DNA of 63,421 nucleotides, counting the filler, from Reclinomonas americana ATCC 50394 (Eukaryota), in the NCBI GenBank assembly GCA_048213135.1. It is 14 parts of 14 records of this genome, joined end to end, with 100 filler letters (N's around TTAATTAATTAA, not from the genome) between each part and the next. Parts side by side here need not be neighbours in the genome. Positions count along the whole stretch, not along the records: positions 24,155 to 32,519 come from AFZH01018271.1; positions 32,620 to 33,808 come from AFZH01018272.1; positions 33,909 to 38,656 come from AFZH01018273.1; 11 more parts are not named here. One strand, written 5' to 3'. Below the pieces are notes generated by a model. It worked only from the letters and a program-made list of their open reading frames with translations, did not search any database and had not been told where the DNA came from. How positions within the stretch are numbered: position 1 is the stretch's first letter; the number at the start of each line of letters is the position of its first letter. The translations under genes and the position numbers were made by a program. Shown piece after piece: positions 26,839 to 38,651 of the stretch.

Positions 26839-27186
26839 ACTCTCTCTCTCTCTCCCGCACAAATACACACACACACCTTGAATGCAACAACGAATCAAAC
26901 ATGAGTGCTTTCGCCTCTCGCGTCCCTCTCTCCCTCGCTCGCGCATTCTCGCACACCCCGCACTCTCTTCCTCACTCATCCATGACACGTGGCACAGCAG
27001 GCGACCATCAAACACGGGCGTGCTGCAGAAAGAAAGGTACGTCGGATGTCCCGCATGACATTGATCTCACGCACAGCACAACGTACACAGCCACGAGAAC
27101 ACGCCGACTGTCTGTGTGAGACGTGTATGCAGCAAGGTGCATCGTGCTGAAGAGCGAGAAAAGAAACAAAGAGCTGCGACGAGAAG

Positions 27187-30100
27187 ATGTCGGTGAGTTG
27201 TATTGATTGCGTGGGGGACGCTTGTTGCTCGCTTGCTTCTCCCTCTCTTCTCTCACTCTCATCACTTGTCGCTTACTGCATTGTGTGTGTGACAGTTCTC
27301 TGTGAATGTGAGTGCGGCGCATGATTCGTCGCTGTCGGTGGTGGTGGAGGGCATGTCTGCCATGTCCACTCTCGCGGACTTGCTGCGCGAGGCCACGCGC
27401 TTGCTGCGCGAGAAGAGTGGAGATGGGGAGATGGAGATTGTGGGAGTGGAGAAGCCTGTGCCGTACGACTTGGAGGATGCGAGCGTGACGAAGCTGAAGA
27501 CACTCGGCATCAACGCATCCACTCATCTCGTCGTCCGTGTGAATGTACGCGTGGCGCTGCAGTTGAGTGGAGAGAGTGGGAGTGGGAGCGGAAGGCATGT
27601 GTGCTGGATGGTTGCGAATCATCTCTCTGTGCCAAACATGCCACTCACTGTCGTGTCCTCGCGCAGCAACTCGGAGCGAGTGACTCGGTTTGTTTTTCTT
27701 GCCTTGTCATTCTCCTCTCTCCCCTGTTTGTTCTTCTCTCGATGTGAGTCTGTGCTGACTATGTGTGTGTGCATGCGCAGCATGATCAACTTCAACCGCA
27801 TCAACATGGCCTCTGAGGTGGTGGAGGAGGCGGTGCGTCTGCGCTGTCAACGCGCACTGGCGCAGTTCAGTCGCGATCATTCCGACTTTGATGTGCGGGC
27901 GTGGGTGCCGACATTCACGCCTGCCGGCATGGATGCGGCGGCAGTGAAGGCGTGGCGTGAGCGGCATGCTCCACTCCATCCATCTCGAGTCAAGTTGTTT
28001 GAGGAGAAGCAGTCGGTGGTATTGGCTTGGCGTGCTGCATTCGACGCCGACCCCTCGTCCGACCCTCCCTGTGACGGTTTTGACACGACGGCACTCACGT
28101 CCATCGTGATGTATGGTGGCTTCGTTGTGGACGACCATCGCAAGCTGCAGCTGATACATGATGTTGATGAACGGAAGGCGGTGGAGGAGCTGAATGACGC
28201 GAGAAAGGCGTTGGCGCACAAGGACCTCGAGATGACGGATGCCACTGTGCATCAGTACCTTGGTGACGGCGGTGTCTTCTTCTTTATCCTCTCTCGACTG
28301 CAGGTCACGGCCGACGAGGGTGACCGATTCTCTGCTCGCATCTGCGAGGCACGTCACGCCCGTCACATCGTGGACACATTCGAGGAGCGACTGCATCGAC
28401 TGGCTCTGCGTGAGCTGTCGTTCTACCAGCACGACGAGAGTGTGCACAAGGACATGCAGATGTATGTGTCACTTCTGTGTTCACGTGATCGTGATGTCTC
28501 CTCGAGCGACAAGATGACGGATCTGCTGACCGAGGTGGATGCCTTCCTCTCCGAATTCAACACCACCCACCGTGTGCTGGTGCTTTTTGGCAACAGTGGA
28601 GCCGGCAAGACCACCGTCATGTCGGTGTTGGCCGAGCGAGCATGGCGACAGTGGCAGACGAGAGAGAGCAGACGAGTGCCTGTGCGTGTGCCTCTTGGTT
28701 CACTGCGCAATGCCGACGAGCGACTGTTGGAGGAGGCACTGGAGCGACTGTCACCCGAGTTGGGATTCAGTGAGTCGGATGTACGGCGGCTGAAGGAGGA
28801 ACCACTGCTGTTGTTGGTTGACGGGTACGACGAGTTGTATCGTGGTGTGAATCTGTTTGTCAAGAACCAGTTGGACGTGTGTCGCGATGTGAAGGTGATT
28901 ATCACCTGTCGTGGTGATTATGCACTGACGGCACTGGGTGGGCTGACGCAATATCGACGGTACTTTGCACCGGTGGATGCACGCGGACAGTTGTGCATGC
29001 AGCAGCTGATGGAGCGACACATTGCACCGTTCAACAAGGAGCAGATTGAGGATTACTTTGCGCGCCTGGTGCAAGTGGGTGGTGATGATGACGGTGAAGT
29101 GCGATGGTCGACTGCTGAAGAGTACATTCGTGCAATGGAGAGTGTACAAGGACTGGATGCACTTGTGTCGAATCCGTTCCTGCTGGCAGTGGTGGCTCGT
29201 GTGTTGCCGCAGTTGGTTGCGAATGGTGTGCAGCGCCCGACTCGGCGTGATGTGTTTGACCGATTCATTCGACAGTGGATTGTGAGGGAACAAGAGAGAC
29301 AGACGCGTCTTGGCGCGGAGCGTGTGCCGAGTGAGGAGACGTGTCTCGCATTCTGTGAGGGACTGGCACGGTTGATGCACGAGCGAAATGTGGTTCGTGT
29401 TTCTGTGACTGAGAGTCGGTCAGATGATGAAGGGGAGGAGGATGACTTTGGTGGTGCGCCACTCGCCTTACGGCAAATGGAAGAGGGACCGATTGACAAG
29501 TTCCTCGGCCGCAAGAACCAGCATGTGCGAGTGTGCTGTCCGATTGTGCGACGGTATGGGACGACGCAATGGGGATTTGTGCATCTGTCGTTGCTGGAGC
29601 ACTGTGTGGCGCGGCATGTGTTTGCGTGGGAGACGTGGGATGAAGAGAGGAGATTGACGGTGCAAGATGTGCAGCAGCATGTGTTGGGAGTGCGACTGCT
29701 GAACGACAGACCATCGTTGGTGGAGCAGATGGCCGAGGTGGTGCGACGGTCTCCTCGATTGCAAGCGAGACTGTGGGAGGTGATTGAGATGTCACGAGTG
29801 GTGGACAGTCGGCGAATTGTGACGGCAGCAGCGAATGCAGCGACGGTGTTGTGTGTGGCACAAGTGTCGTTCAGTGGGCGGGATCTGTCGGGTGTGCGAG
29901 TGAGGGGTGCGGATTTGAGGGATGCGGTAATGCACCGGACGGTGTGGAGGGGAGCGGATTTGCGTGGGGTGAACGTGTGCATGGCGTATGCGAGGGAGGC
30001 GGATTTCCGGGGGGCGGATATGACGAGCGTGAGGTGGCCGAGGAAGCCGCTGAAGGGGCACACGAGTGTGGTGTCTGCAGTGGCAGTGACACCCGATGGC

Positions 30101-31975
30101 CAGCACATTGTGAGTGGCAGTGTGGACAAGACTGTACGGGTGTGGTCGGTGACAAGCGGTGAGGAGGTGCGCCGACTGATAGGTCACACGAGGCACGTGT
30201 GGGCAGTGGCAATGACACCCGATGGCCGGCACATTGTGAGTGGGAGTGAGGACAAGACTGTGCGGTTGTGGTCGCTGGCAAATGGCGAGGAGATGCGCCG
30301 ACTGGAGGGACACACGAGTGAGGTGCATGCAGTGACAGTGACACCCGATGGCCAGCACATTGTGAGTGGCAGTTCGGATAACACTGTACGGGTGTGGTCG
30401 GTGGCGAGTGGCGGGGAGGTGCGCCGCCTGGAAGGCCACACGAGCGCTGTGTTTGCAGTGGCAGTGACTCCCGATGGCCAGTACATTGTGAGTGGTAGTG
30501 ATGACAAAATTGTTCTGGTGTGGTCACTGGCGAGCGGCGAGGAGGTATGTCGACTGGAAGGCCATACGGGCGAGGTGTATGCAGTGACAGTTACACCCGA
30601 TGGCCAGCACATTGTGAGTGTCAGTGGTGACCAGACAGTTCGGATGTGGTCGGCGGCAAGTGGCGAGGAGGTGCGCCGACTGGAAGGCCACACAAGGGAG
30701 GTGTGGTCAGTGGCAGTGACACCCGATGGCCAGCACATTGTGAGTGGCAGTGGGGATAGGACTGTGCGCGTATGGTCACTCGCAAGTGGCGAAGAGGTTC
30801 ACCGACTGGAAGGCCATACCGATTCTGTGGATGCAATGGCAGTGACACCCGATGGCCAGCATGTTGTGAGTGGCAGTGGTGACAGGACTGTACGGGTGTG
30901 GTCGGTTGCAAGTGGTGAGGAGGTGCGTCGACTGGAAGGACACGCTGGTGTGGTGCCGGCAGTGGCAGTGACACCCGATGGCGAGCACATTGTGAGTGGC
31001 AGTCGGGATAATACGGTGCGGGTGTGGTCGGTGGCAATCGGCGTGGAGATGTACCGACTGGAAGGCCATACCGATTCTGTAGATGCAGTGGCCGTGACAC
31101 CCGATGGTCAGCGCATTGTGAGTGGCAGTCATGACAAGACTGTACGAGTGTGGTCCGTGGAAAGTGGCGAGGAGGTGCGCCGACTGGAAGGCCACACGGG
31201 CTGGGTACGAGCAGTGGCATTGACACCCGATGGCCAGCACATTGTGAGTGGCAGTTCGGATAACACTGTACGGGTGTGGTCGGTGGCAAGTGGCGAGGAG
31301 GTGCGCCGATTGGTGGGACACACGGGTGAGGTGAATGCAGTGGCAGTGGCACCCGATGGCCAGCATATTGTGAGTGGCAGTAATGACAATACTGTACGGG
31401 TGTGGTCGATGGCAAGTGGCGAGGAGGTGCGTCGATTGGTGGGACACACGTGGGTGGTACTCGCAGTGGCAGTGACACCCGATGGTCAGCACATTGTGAG
31501 TGGCAGTTATGACGAGACTGAACGGATGTGGTCGCTGGCAAATGGCGAGGAGGTGCGCCGATTGGAAGGCCACAAGAGTTGGGTGTGTGCAGTGGCAGTG
31601 ACACACGATGGTCAGCACGTTGTGAGTGGCAGTAATGGCGGGACTGTGCGGGTGTGGTCACTGGCTAGTGGCGAGGAGATGCGCCGACTGGAAGGCCACA
31701 CGAGTTCGGTGTATGCAGTGGCAGTGACACCCGATGGCCAGCACATTGTGAGTGGCAGTGATGACCATACTGTACGGGTGTGGTCGCTGTCAAGTGGCGA
31801 GGAGGTTCGCCGACTGGAAGGCCACACTGGTGAGGTGTATGCAGTGGCAGTGGCACCCGATGTCCAGCATACTGTTCCGAGGGGGAAGGATGCAGCTGTT
31901 GTGCGCCGTCGTCAAGGACTGCTCGAGCGCATTTTCGGCTCCTTCCTGCCTGATTTCACCGATGTAATTCGGTGA
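27187..31975 (+). CDS. NLR-like STAND protein: ubiquitin-like + HEPN-like + NACHT + pentapeptide repeats + WD40 repeats (NWD/HET-E-like)
   Basis: ATG-TCG then GTGAGT at 27187-27198, spliced in frame to 27296. Walker A GNSGAGKTT (~28589), Walker B LLLLVDGYDEL, VIITCR, NPFLL and FVHLSLLEH winged-helix motif. Pentapeptides FSGRDLSGVRVRGADLRDA...ADFRGADM. Then 14 full GH...WS-type WD40 repeats. Probable in-frame introns at 27595-27666 and 27688-27780. Confidence 0.92.
30050..31880 (+). repeat. Coding tandem array of 126-nt (42-aa) WD40 repeats: 14 complete plus 1 degenerate
   Basis: Consensus LEGHTxxVxAVAVTPDGQHIVSGSxDxTVRVWSxASGEEVRR, recurring every 126 nt with high nucleotide similarity. Confidence 0.95.
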
Positions 31976-32336
31976 TAATCACAACTGCGAGCGTGTATGA
32001 ACCCTCGAGTGTAAACCGGATTAATTGCAATGAGATTGCATGTGATGTAGACCCTCAAGTTGCATGCCGTGTGTGTTGATTGACCATAACGAGGTAATCC
32101 GCTCGTTGCCCACCTCCTCTGTTAGAAGAAACCTCAGCGACCTGACGATGCACTGCACAGCCTGTTTATCTGATGTGTCTCCTCTGCTTATTGCTCACCA
32201 TTTGTGGCCAACAGCTACCACTTTGTGAGCATACTCGGTTGCCCGTATGTCATAGTCCCGACTTCGGCTCTCGTAGTCGGTATGCCAACAGCTTCCTGTC
32301 CATGTTTGGAAACCACTGCTGCTTCCGTTCGCTCGC

Positions 32337-35300
32337 TTGTGTGACCAGTGTCGAGTGCCGATGCTTTCACTCCTTCCACCATCACCGGTTAGCTGCGCGC
32401 TGCTGACTGTTACCGGTCACGGATCGCTGGCATCGGATAATGTGCAGCTGATGCCATCTGGAACGTGTTCGGGGGCGACTGCCTATCGTCTCGCAGCGCA
32501 GTCGTTTGGCGGAGTGGCANNNNNNNNNNNNNNNNNNNNNNNNNNNNNNNNNNNNNNNNNNNNTTAATTAATTAANNNNNNNNNNNNNNNNNNNNNNNNN
32601 NNNNNNNNNNNNNNNNNNNTCGGCTCGTGAGGTTGTCGTGGCGACGACTACGGAGAGCTCTGTGCCTGTTGGATCATTCTATGTGTGGTGAGTGGGGAGG
32701 GGAAGGAAAGGGGGGAGGAGAAGGGAAGGGGAAAAGAGGAGAAGTGAAGGGAGGAGAGGAGAAGGGAAATGGGTGAAGGGAAGGAAGAGAAGAATAAGGG
32801 AAGAAAGGAGAGGAGAAGGAGGAGAAGGGAAGAGAGGAAATGAAGAGAATGTGTGAGAGGGGGGATGAGAGGAAAGATGAGAGGAGATAAAGGAATGTAA
32901 GAGAAAGGAGAGGGGAAGAACTGAGAGAAGAGAGAAGGTGAGAGGTGAGATGGAGTGAATAGAAACTGGGACCAATGAGATTGTGCGGTTGTTTTCCGTG
33001 TGCGAGAGTTTGTCCAGTGTGACTGTGTGTATATATGTGAGTTTGTGAGCGAGGGCGAGAGACGAGACCAGCTCAGCCGGCAGGGATAAAAAGGAGGTGA
33101 AGAGAGGAGGAACGGGGAAGTAACGGTGAATAGAATGAGTGAGTATTAAGATGCGTCATGTGGCCAGAGAGACACTTAGAATGAAAGCATGTATGTTGAG
33201 CGAGGTGCACGAGTTTACGTTGGAATAGAGCCCTGTATTGCAGAGGATAGTGGATGGACTTTGTAGACTGGAGACATTTGCAGCATTCCTGGTCGTTGGT
33301 CGTGGTTTCTTTGTATGTTTTATTGTCGAATCGTGTCAAAAGCTCGTTTTCCTTTCTGTTACTCTCCGTGAGAAGCGAGCTTGAGTCAGTGTGAATGTAT
33401 TCCATTCACTCACACTGTGTATTACAGCATTCAATTTGGTGGCGTCGGATCGTTTACTGCCGTCGCTGGTGGCCAGCTTACCGTCTGTGAGTACGAGTGG
33501 AAGAGTGCGAAGAGTGCAGAGATCGAAATGAGTTGCTCATGTGCTTGTGTTTTTCGGCAGTGCCGTTGCCAACATTTTCATTCCCAACTGTGGCGTCGTC
33601 GTACACGGTGACAATCGGCAACACAACCACTATTGGTACGGTCACCCAGCACGTCATGCTCACATCTATCATCCTTCTCATACTCCTGCATCTGTCTGTA
33701 GTCACTGGCGCAACAACATCGAGCACAATCGGTCTTCGCGTCGGTTTGTCCGGACAAGTGGTGGTGTTGACGGTGCCAGTGGCCTCGTTCCCCTTTGCCA
33801 CGCCGTCANNNNNNNNNNNNNNNNNNNNNNNNNNNNNNNNNNNNNNNNNNNNTTAATTAATTAANNNNNNNNNNNNNNNNNNNNNNNNNNNNNNNNNNNN
33901 NNNNNNNNTTTACACTGTTCAAGAACGCCGACTGCCGCGGGAATGTGGCCACCATCATCAGCGGCTTCAACATCGCGTCTGATGGCACGACCTATACCAT
34001 CACATTCACATTCGACACGACTGGAGAGCCAACACCAACGAAGCAGCAGTTGTGCCTGTCGTCCACTGATCTGGCAGGCTACTTTAGCCTGGCGTCTGTA
34101 TCCATTTGTTGCGTTCCTGCTGGAGATGTTATGCTGTCATGTTTATTTCCTTTTTCTTTTAACGAGGCGACCATGCAGATCGTGTCAAGAGCACTTCCGC
34201 GCCGTCCATATCCCAGGGCATCAAGTCGCAAACTGTTGTCTTGTCGGGTGGTGACTTCCCGTTGCTGGCTACAAGTGCCGCCAATGGCAGTAATCCAGTC
34301 ACACCTGGAGGCACACCACTGGCATTCTTCTTGTCACTCGCCACCGACTGTTCGTCGATGGACTTGCGGGCGGCTGCCTTTGTGATCAGTGCGGTGTCGC
34401 CGACGCGTATTACGGCCACGGTTTCCACCATTTCTGCGGTCTCACTCGCCTCGTGCACGCTGGATCCGCCTGGCACGTATCAAATTTGTGGTCGGTGTTA
34501 CGAAGGGAAAGAGGGAAGGGAGGGGAGGGGGAGGGGGAAAGGGAGGGGAGGGAGAAAGAGGGTGGAGGGGGGAAGGCGGAGAAGGGGGAGGGGGGAACGA
34601 CGGTGAAGGAAGAGAGGCAGGGGAGAGAGAGAACAGAAACGTTGAGTGAGATATGAGCGAGGGGGGATGGTGATAGAGAAAGGGCGTGAGAGTGGATGGT
34701 GTGGGGCACAAAGAACAAGCAGTGGGTGCCGGGAGGAGAGATGAAGTAAAGCGGGAGAGGCAGGTGAGCCACGAAGTAGACCGTCTGTATGTGCGAGAGA
34801 ATGGTGGGATGTGAATGAGAGGGCGGTTGCGAGAGGCAAGAGGGCTGAGGAGCAATAGGATAAGTGAGTGAGAGGCTGCAGGTGAGCCACGTATATGCGA
34901 GAGATATGCGAGGATGTGAACGAGAGCGCGGTTGCGAGAGGCAAGACGGCTGAGGAGGAATAGGAAAAATGATTGAGAGGCTGCAGGTGAGCCACGTATG
35001 TGCGAGAGCTACGAGAGGATGTGAATGAGAGGGAGGCTGCGAGCGTCAAGAGGGCTGAGGAACAGTAGGAAAAATGAGTGAGAGGCTGCAGTAGACCGTC
35101 TGTATGTGCGAGAGATACGCGAGGATGTGAATGAGAGGGCGGCTGCGTGAGGCAAGAGAGCAGAGGAGCAATAGGAAAATGAGCGTGAGAGACTGCATGC
35201 ACGAATGAATGGGACATTTTGTCATTCTCTTTCATGTTCAACGAGAAAAAAGTGGAAGGATAAGAGAGAATGCGACGGATCTAATGACGTTTCACCACCG

Positions 35301-38300
35301 TCGACTATTCCACTGACAAAATATCTGCGAACAGCTTCCAAGACGGCTCGTATGTGCCTCTCGGTGTGACATTGACCATCACGACCGTCACCGACCCCGA
35401 TGTCGGCTTCATTTCTCCAAAGTCGTTGCCTCTCGGTGTGCCAACTACGTTGGTGTTGCATTCGCCATCGCGCACGGTGTCGAATTGTACTCGTTTCAAG
35501 GTCGTCGACGCTGGATCCGACTGCAATGGTCCGGCTTCGGGTGAGTGCTGAAAATGAGAAGACTTTGCGCGGGCGGTTGATGGAGGAGATCTGTACTCAC
35601 GGTTCACCCTCTTTGCATATCTCTCTCTCTCGTCAGCGGCCCTTGCGCTTACGGCCTTCCAGGACGGCGTGTTTGATACATCATCATGCTTCTATGGATC
35701 TGTTGCTGGCGGCTGTGGACAGTTCAAGGTGCAGTTCACGAGCTCCAAGGCGGTGTATGCCACATTGTGTGTGGCAACCACTCCAGGGGCGGCGTACAAG
35801 GCGGTGTCGAACAGCGACATTCGTGTTACCTCGGGTATGCTGGTGCAGACGTCGTCGGTGGTGGCCAACCAGGCGGGGACAATTGTTGCGTGGTGAAGAG
35901 CGAAGGCGGGTGAAGAGGGAAGGCGGGTGAAGAGGGAATAAAGAGGGAAGGGAGGTGAAGAGGGAATGGAGAAAAGAGGGAAGTTGGAGGAGGGAGTTTC
36001 GACAAGGAGAAGGGAGGGAGATAAAGGGCGATGTGGAAGGATGTGAGACGAGGAGAAGAGAGCTTAGGTGGGAAGGGTGAGGGAGGGAGGTGAGGCAAGG
36101 AGAAGGGGGGTTTCGAAGGCATTTTCCGTTTAAGAGACAGGGTGGAAGTGTGTTGATGAGAAAGCAAGAGAGAGAGAAACAGACTGAAGAATGTCTGTTG
36201 AGTTTGTGTGCTCTGCAAGAGAGGAAAAGGCAGAAGGGAGAAAGGGAACAGATTAGCTTTGGAAGTGTGTGGATGGGAACGCGTTGGGGAGTGTAACGAG
36301 GAGAAGTGTGTCCGTGGAGTGTTTGTGGCGCAAGAGAGGACCGTCAGGGGATGAATAGGTTGTTCAGTGCGTGTGTGGGGATTGAAACGATTGAGAGAAT
36401 GAGAGTGCCAAGAATGGAAAGAAGAAGGAGGAGAAAAGGAGACGGATTGGTTGCGGCAGTGAGTGTGTTGATGGAGATGTGAAGGAGAGAGAAACAGAGA
36501 GAAGTGTGTCGGTAGAGATTGGATGGCAAGAGAGAATTGTTAAAGGGGGGGATGTGACGGATTGGTTGTGGTAGATTGTGCGTGCATGGATGCAAGGAAG
36601 AGAAAACCAAAGTGAAGTGAGTTCGAGGAGATTGCGTGTGGCATGCGAAGAAATGCAGAAGGGGGAGGGAAAGGATTCGTCGTGCTAGATACCGTGTGGA
36701 TGGATGCAAGGGAGAGCAGAAGAATGTCTGTGGAAATATGTGTGAGTGTGACAGAGAGAATCGTCCGATGGGGAAGAAAATGATACGTTGATTAAGTCTG
36801 TGTGGATGGATGCAAGGGAGAGGAGAAGACTGTCTGTGGAAATATATGCGTGTGACAGAGAGAATCGACAGAGGAGGGATGGAGCGGATTGGTTGCGGTT
36901 GAGGGTGTACACATGGGAATGCATTGGAGAGAGAAACAAAGAGGAGAATGTTTGCGGAGGCTGCTTGTGTGTGTGTGTGGCAAGGGAGGATCATCAGACG
37001 CGGGAAGGGAAATGATACCTTCTTTGGTGGTGTGGATGAGAATGCATTGGAGAGATAGTAAGAATGAGACGTGTGCCGTGGAGGCAGTGTGTGTGGTAAG
37101 AGAGGATCGTCAGAGGTCAAGGGTCAAGGGAATTGATACGGTGTGGCAGTGTGGATGAGAATGCATTGGCGAGATAGTAACAGTAAGAAGTGTGCCATGG
37201 AGACTGCGTGTGTGGCAAGTCAGAGGGGGAAAGGGATAGCATACGTTGTGGTAGTGTGTGGATTGGATGCCATTGAGAGGGTTACAAAGCGAGCGCTGTC
37301 AATGGAGGCTGATTCTGTATGCGAGAGAAAGGTTGGAGGGAGAAGAGAGGAAGGACAATTTGTCAATATTTGTGGTATTGTGTGACGACGGTAAGAAGGA
37401 GAGAGTGAGAAAGGAGGAGGGCATCAGTGGAGATTGTTCTTGTCCTACGAGAGTGAGAGACCGACTGTGGAGAAGAAAGGATTAGTTGTTCCCATGTGTG
37501 ATGTGAATGCACCGCATGAGGGGGCGGGTGGTGGGTGACAGGAGTGGAAGACTTGAGGAGGGGAGTGGCTGAGACTTTTGGGAGTGTGTGCTTGGGGATT
37601 CAACAGATGAGTGACATAGAGGATTGAAGGTCAACTGTGCGTGTCAGGAGAGGAGGTTGGGGACAGAAGGGAAATGTTGAGGTGCTGTTGATGAGAGAAA
37701 CAACAACAAGAGAGTGAGTCAGAGAGTTTATGTGTGAACCAGAGAGGAGTGGTACGGAGGAGCGGGTTGGATAGCATGACATTTTCGATCACATGGTGTC
37801 CACGGCTTGCATGCTGACGTTTGCTTCTTGATTGTGCGACAGATGAGCACTGGCACTGGCACTCGCACCGTGGAGATCCCACACCGCTTTGTGCAATCGT
37901 TCCCGGCGATTCCCACTGTACTTAAGCTGCCAATGAGTGGCTGAGCCTGGCCACCGACAAGAATTTCACCACGGTTTGTTGATGCAAGCAGACCTGTACA
38001 TGGTCCCTGAACTCATTCATCGCAACCACGCGGCTGTGTGTGCAGGAGGTGGTGAATGCCCATGCGTTCGGATTCCAGACAATCCCCTCGATTGCGCTGG
38101 CGCTGACGGGTGTGCGGTCCATTCGACTCGATCCGAGTGGCACGGCGCGCAGCGACAACCTTGAGGTGGCCGTCGGTGAGGCGGCCGCTGCCACCTCGCA
38201 GGTGCTGATGACGGTGCGCGGCGATAGTCGCGTGCAGGCGTTGGAGCTGCGTTCCATGCTGGTGGGATCGCGGCTGGTGCCGCGTGACAATTCCAGTGGC

Positions 38301-38651
38301 TACGTGATGGTGTCGGGCGGTGAGTTTGTCCGCGAAGATTTGCCGGCAGTTGTGCACGATTACTGACCTAGATCACCGTCATGTTGCACAGAGAGCACGC
38401 TCGTGGGCAACACGCCGGTGGTGGTCACCCTCGTTAGCCGTCAGTCAACCCGCGGGTTGAAACAGACTGATTTCCATACCGCCGCGTTCTTGCGTGGATG
38501 GAAGACGATCGGCACTGGTGGTGCATCGCAGGTCAATCCGTCGATTTTGCCGACAGATGTTGTTCCGCCACAAGGCAGCGCGTCGAGTGGAGCGTACGGG
38601 CAGCTGACGGTGACGGCGAGTAGTGGGGCGAGAAAGGAGAAGGGAGGGTAA
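32337..38651 (+). CDS. Large putative secreted protein with Cys-containing beta-rich modules and H-type-lectin-like repeats (ends uncertain, spans gaps); paralog of the gene at 59877-63361
   Basis: Exons VVLSGGDFP..FFLSLATDCS..SCTLDPPGTYQIC, FISPKSLPLGVPTTL..NCTRFKVVDAGSDC, RTVEIPHRFVQSFPAIPT, HAFGFQTIPSIALALTGV and FHTAAFLRGWKT each align by eye with the minus-strand gene at the window end. Confidence 0.65.
34755..35190 (+). repeat. Intronic ~105-bp tandem repeat, about 4 copies
   Basis: Recurring GAGAGGCTGCAGGTGAGCCACGTAT.TGCGAGAG..GAGGATGTGAA..GGCAAGA.GGCTGAGGA..ATAGGAAAA. Confidence 0.85.

Noticed and set aside
27302..27780. Treating the 1557-aa ORF as one uninterrupted CDS starting at GTG 27302
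   Set aside because: An upstream ATG exon and two stop-free 3n introns with splice signals and pyrimidine-rich content explain the odd segments better.
29053..31856. Long antisense ORFs with HCH/CHC repeats over the NLR
   Set aside because: Shadows of the repetitive sense-strand WD40 and pentapeptide coding sequence.
30050..31880. Regularly spaced conserved repeats with variable intervals, superficially like a CRISPR array or diversity cassette
   Set aside because: In-frame 126-nt coding WD40 repeats with no unique spacers; no cas or reverse transcriptase gene in the window.
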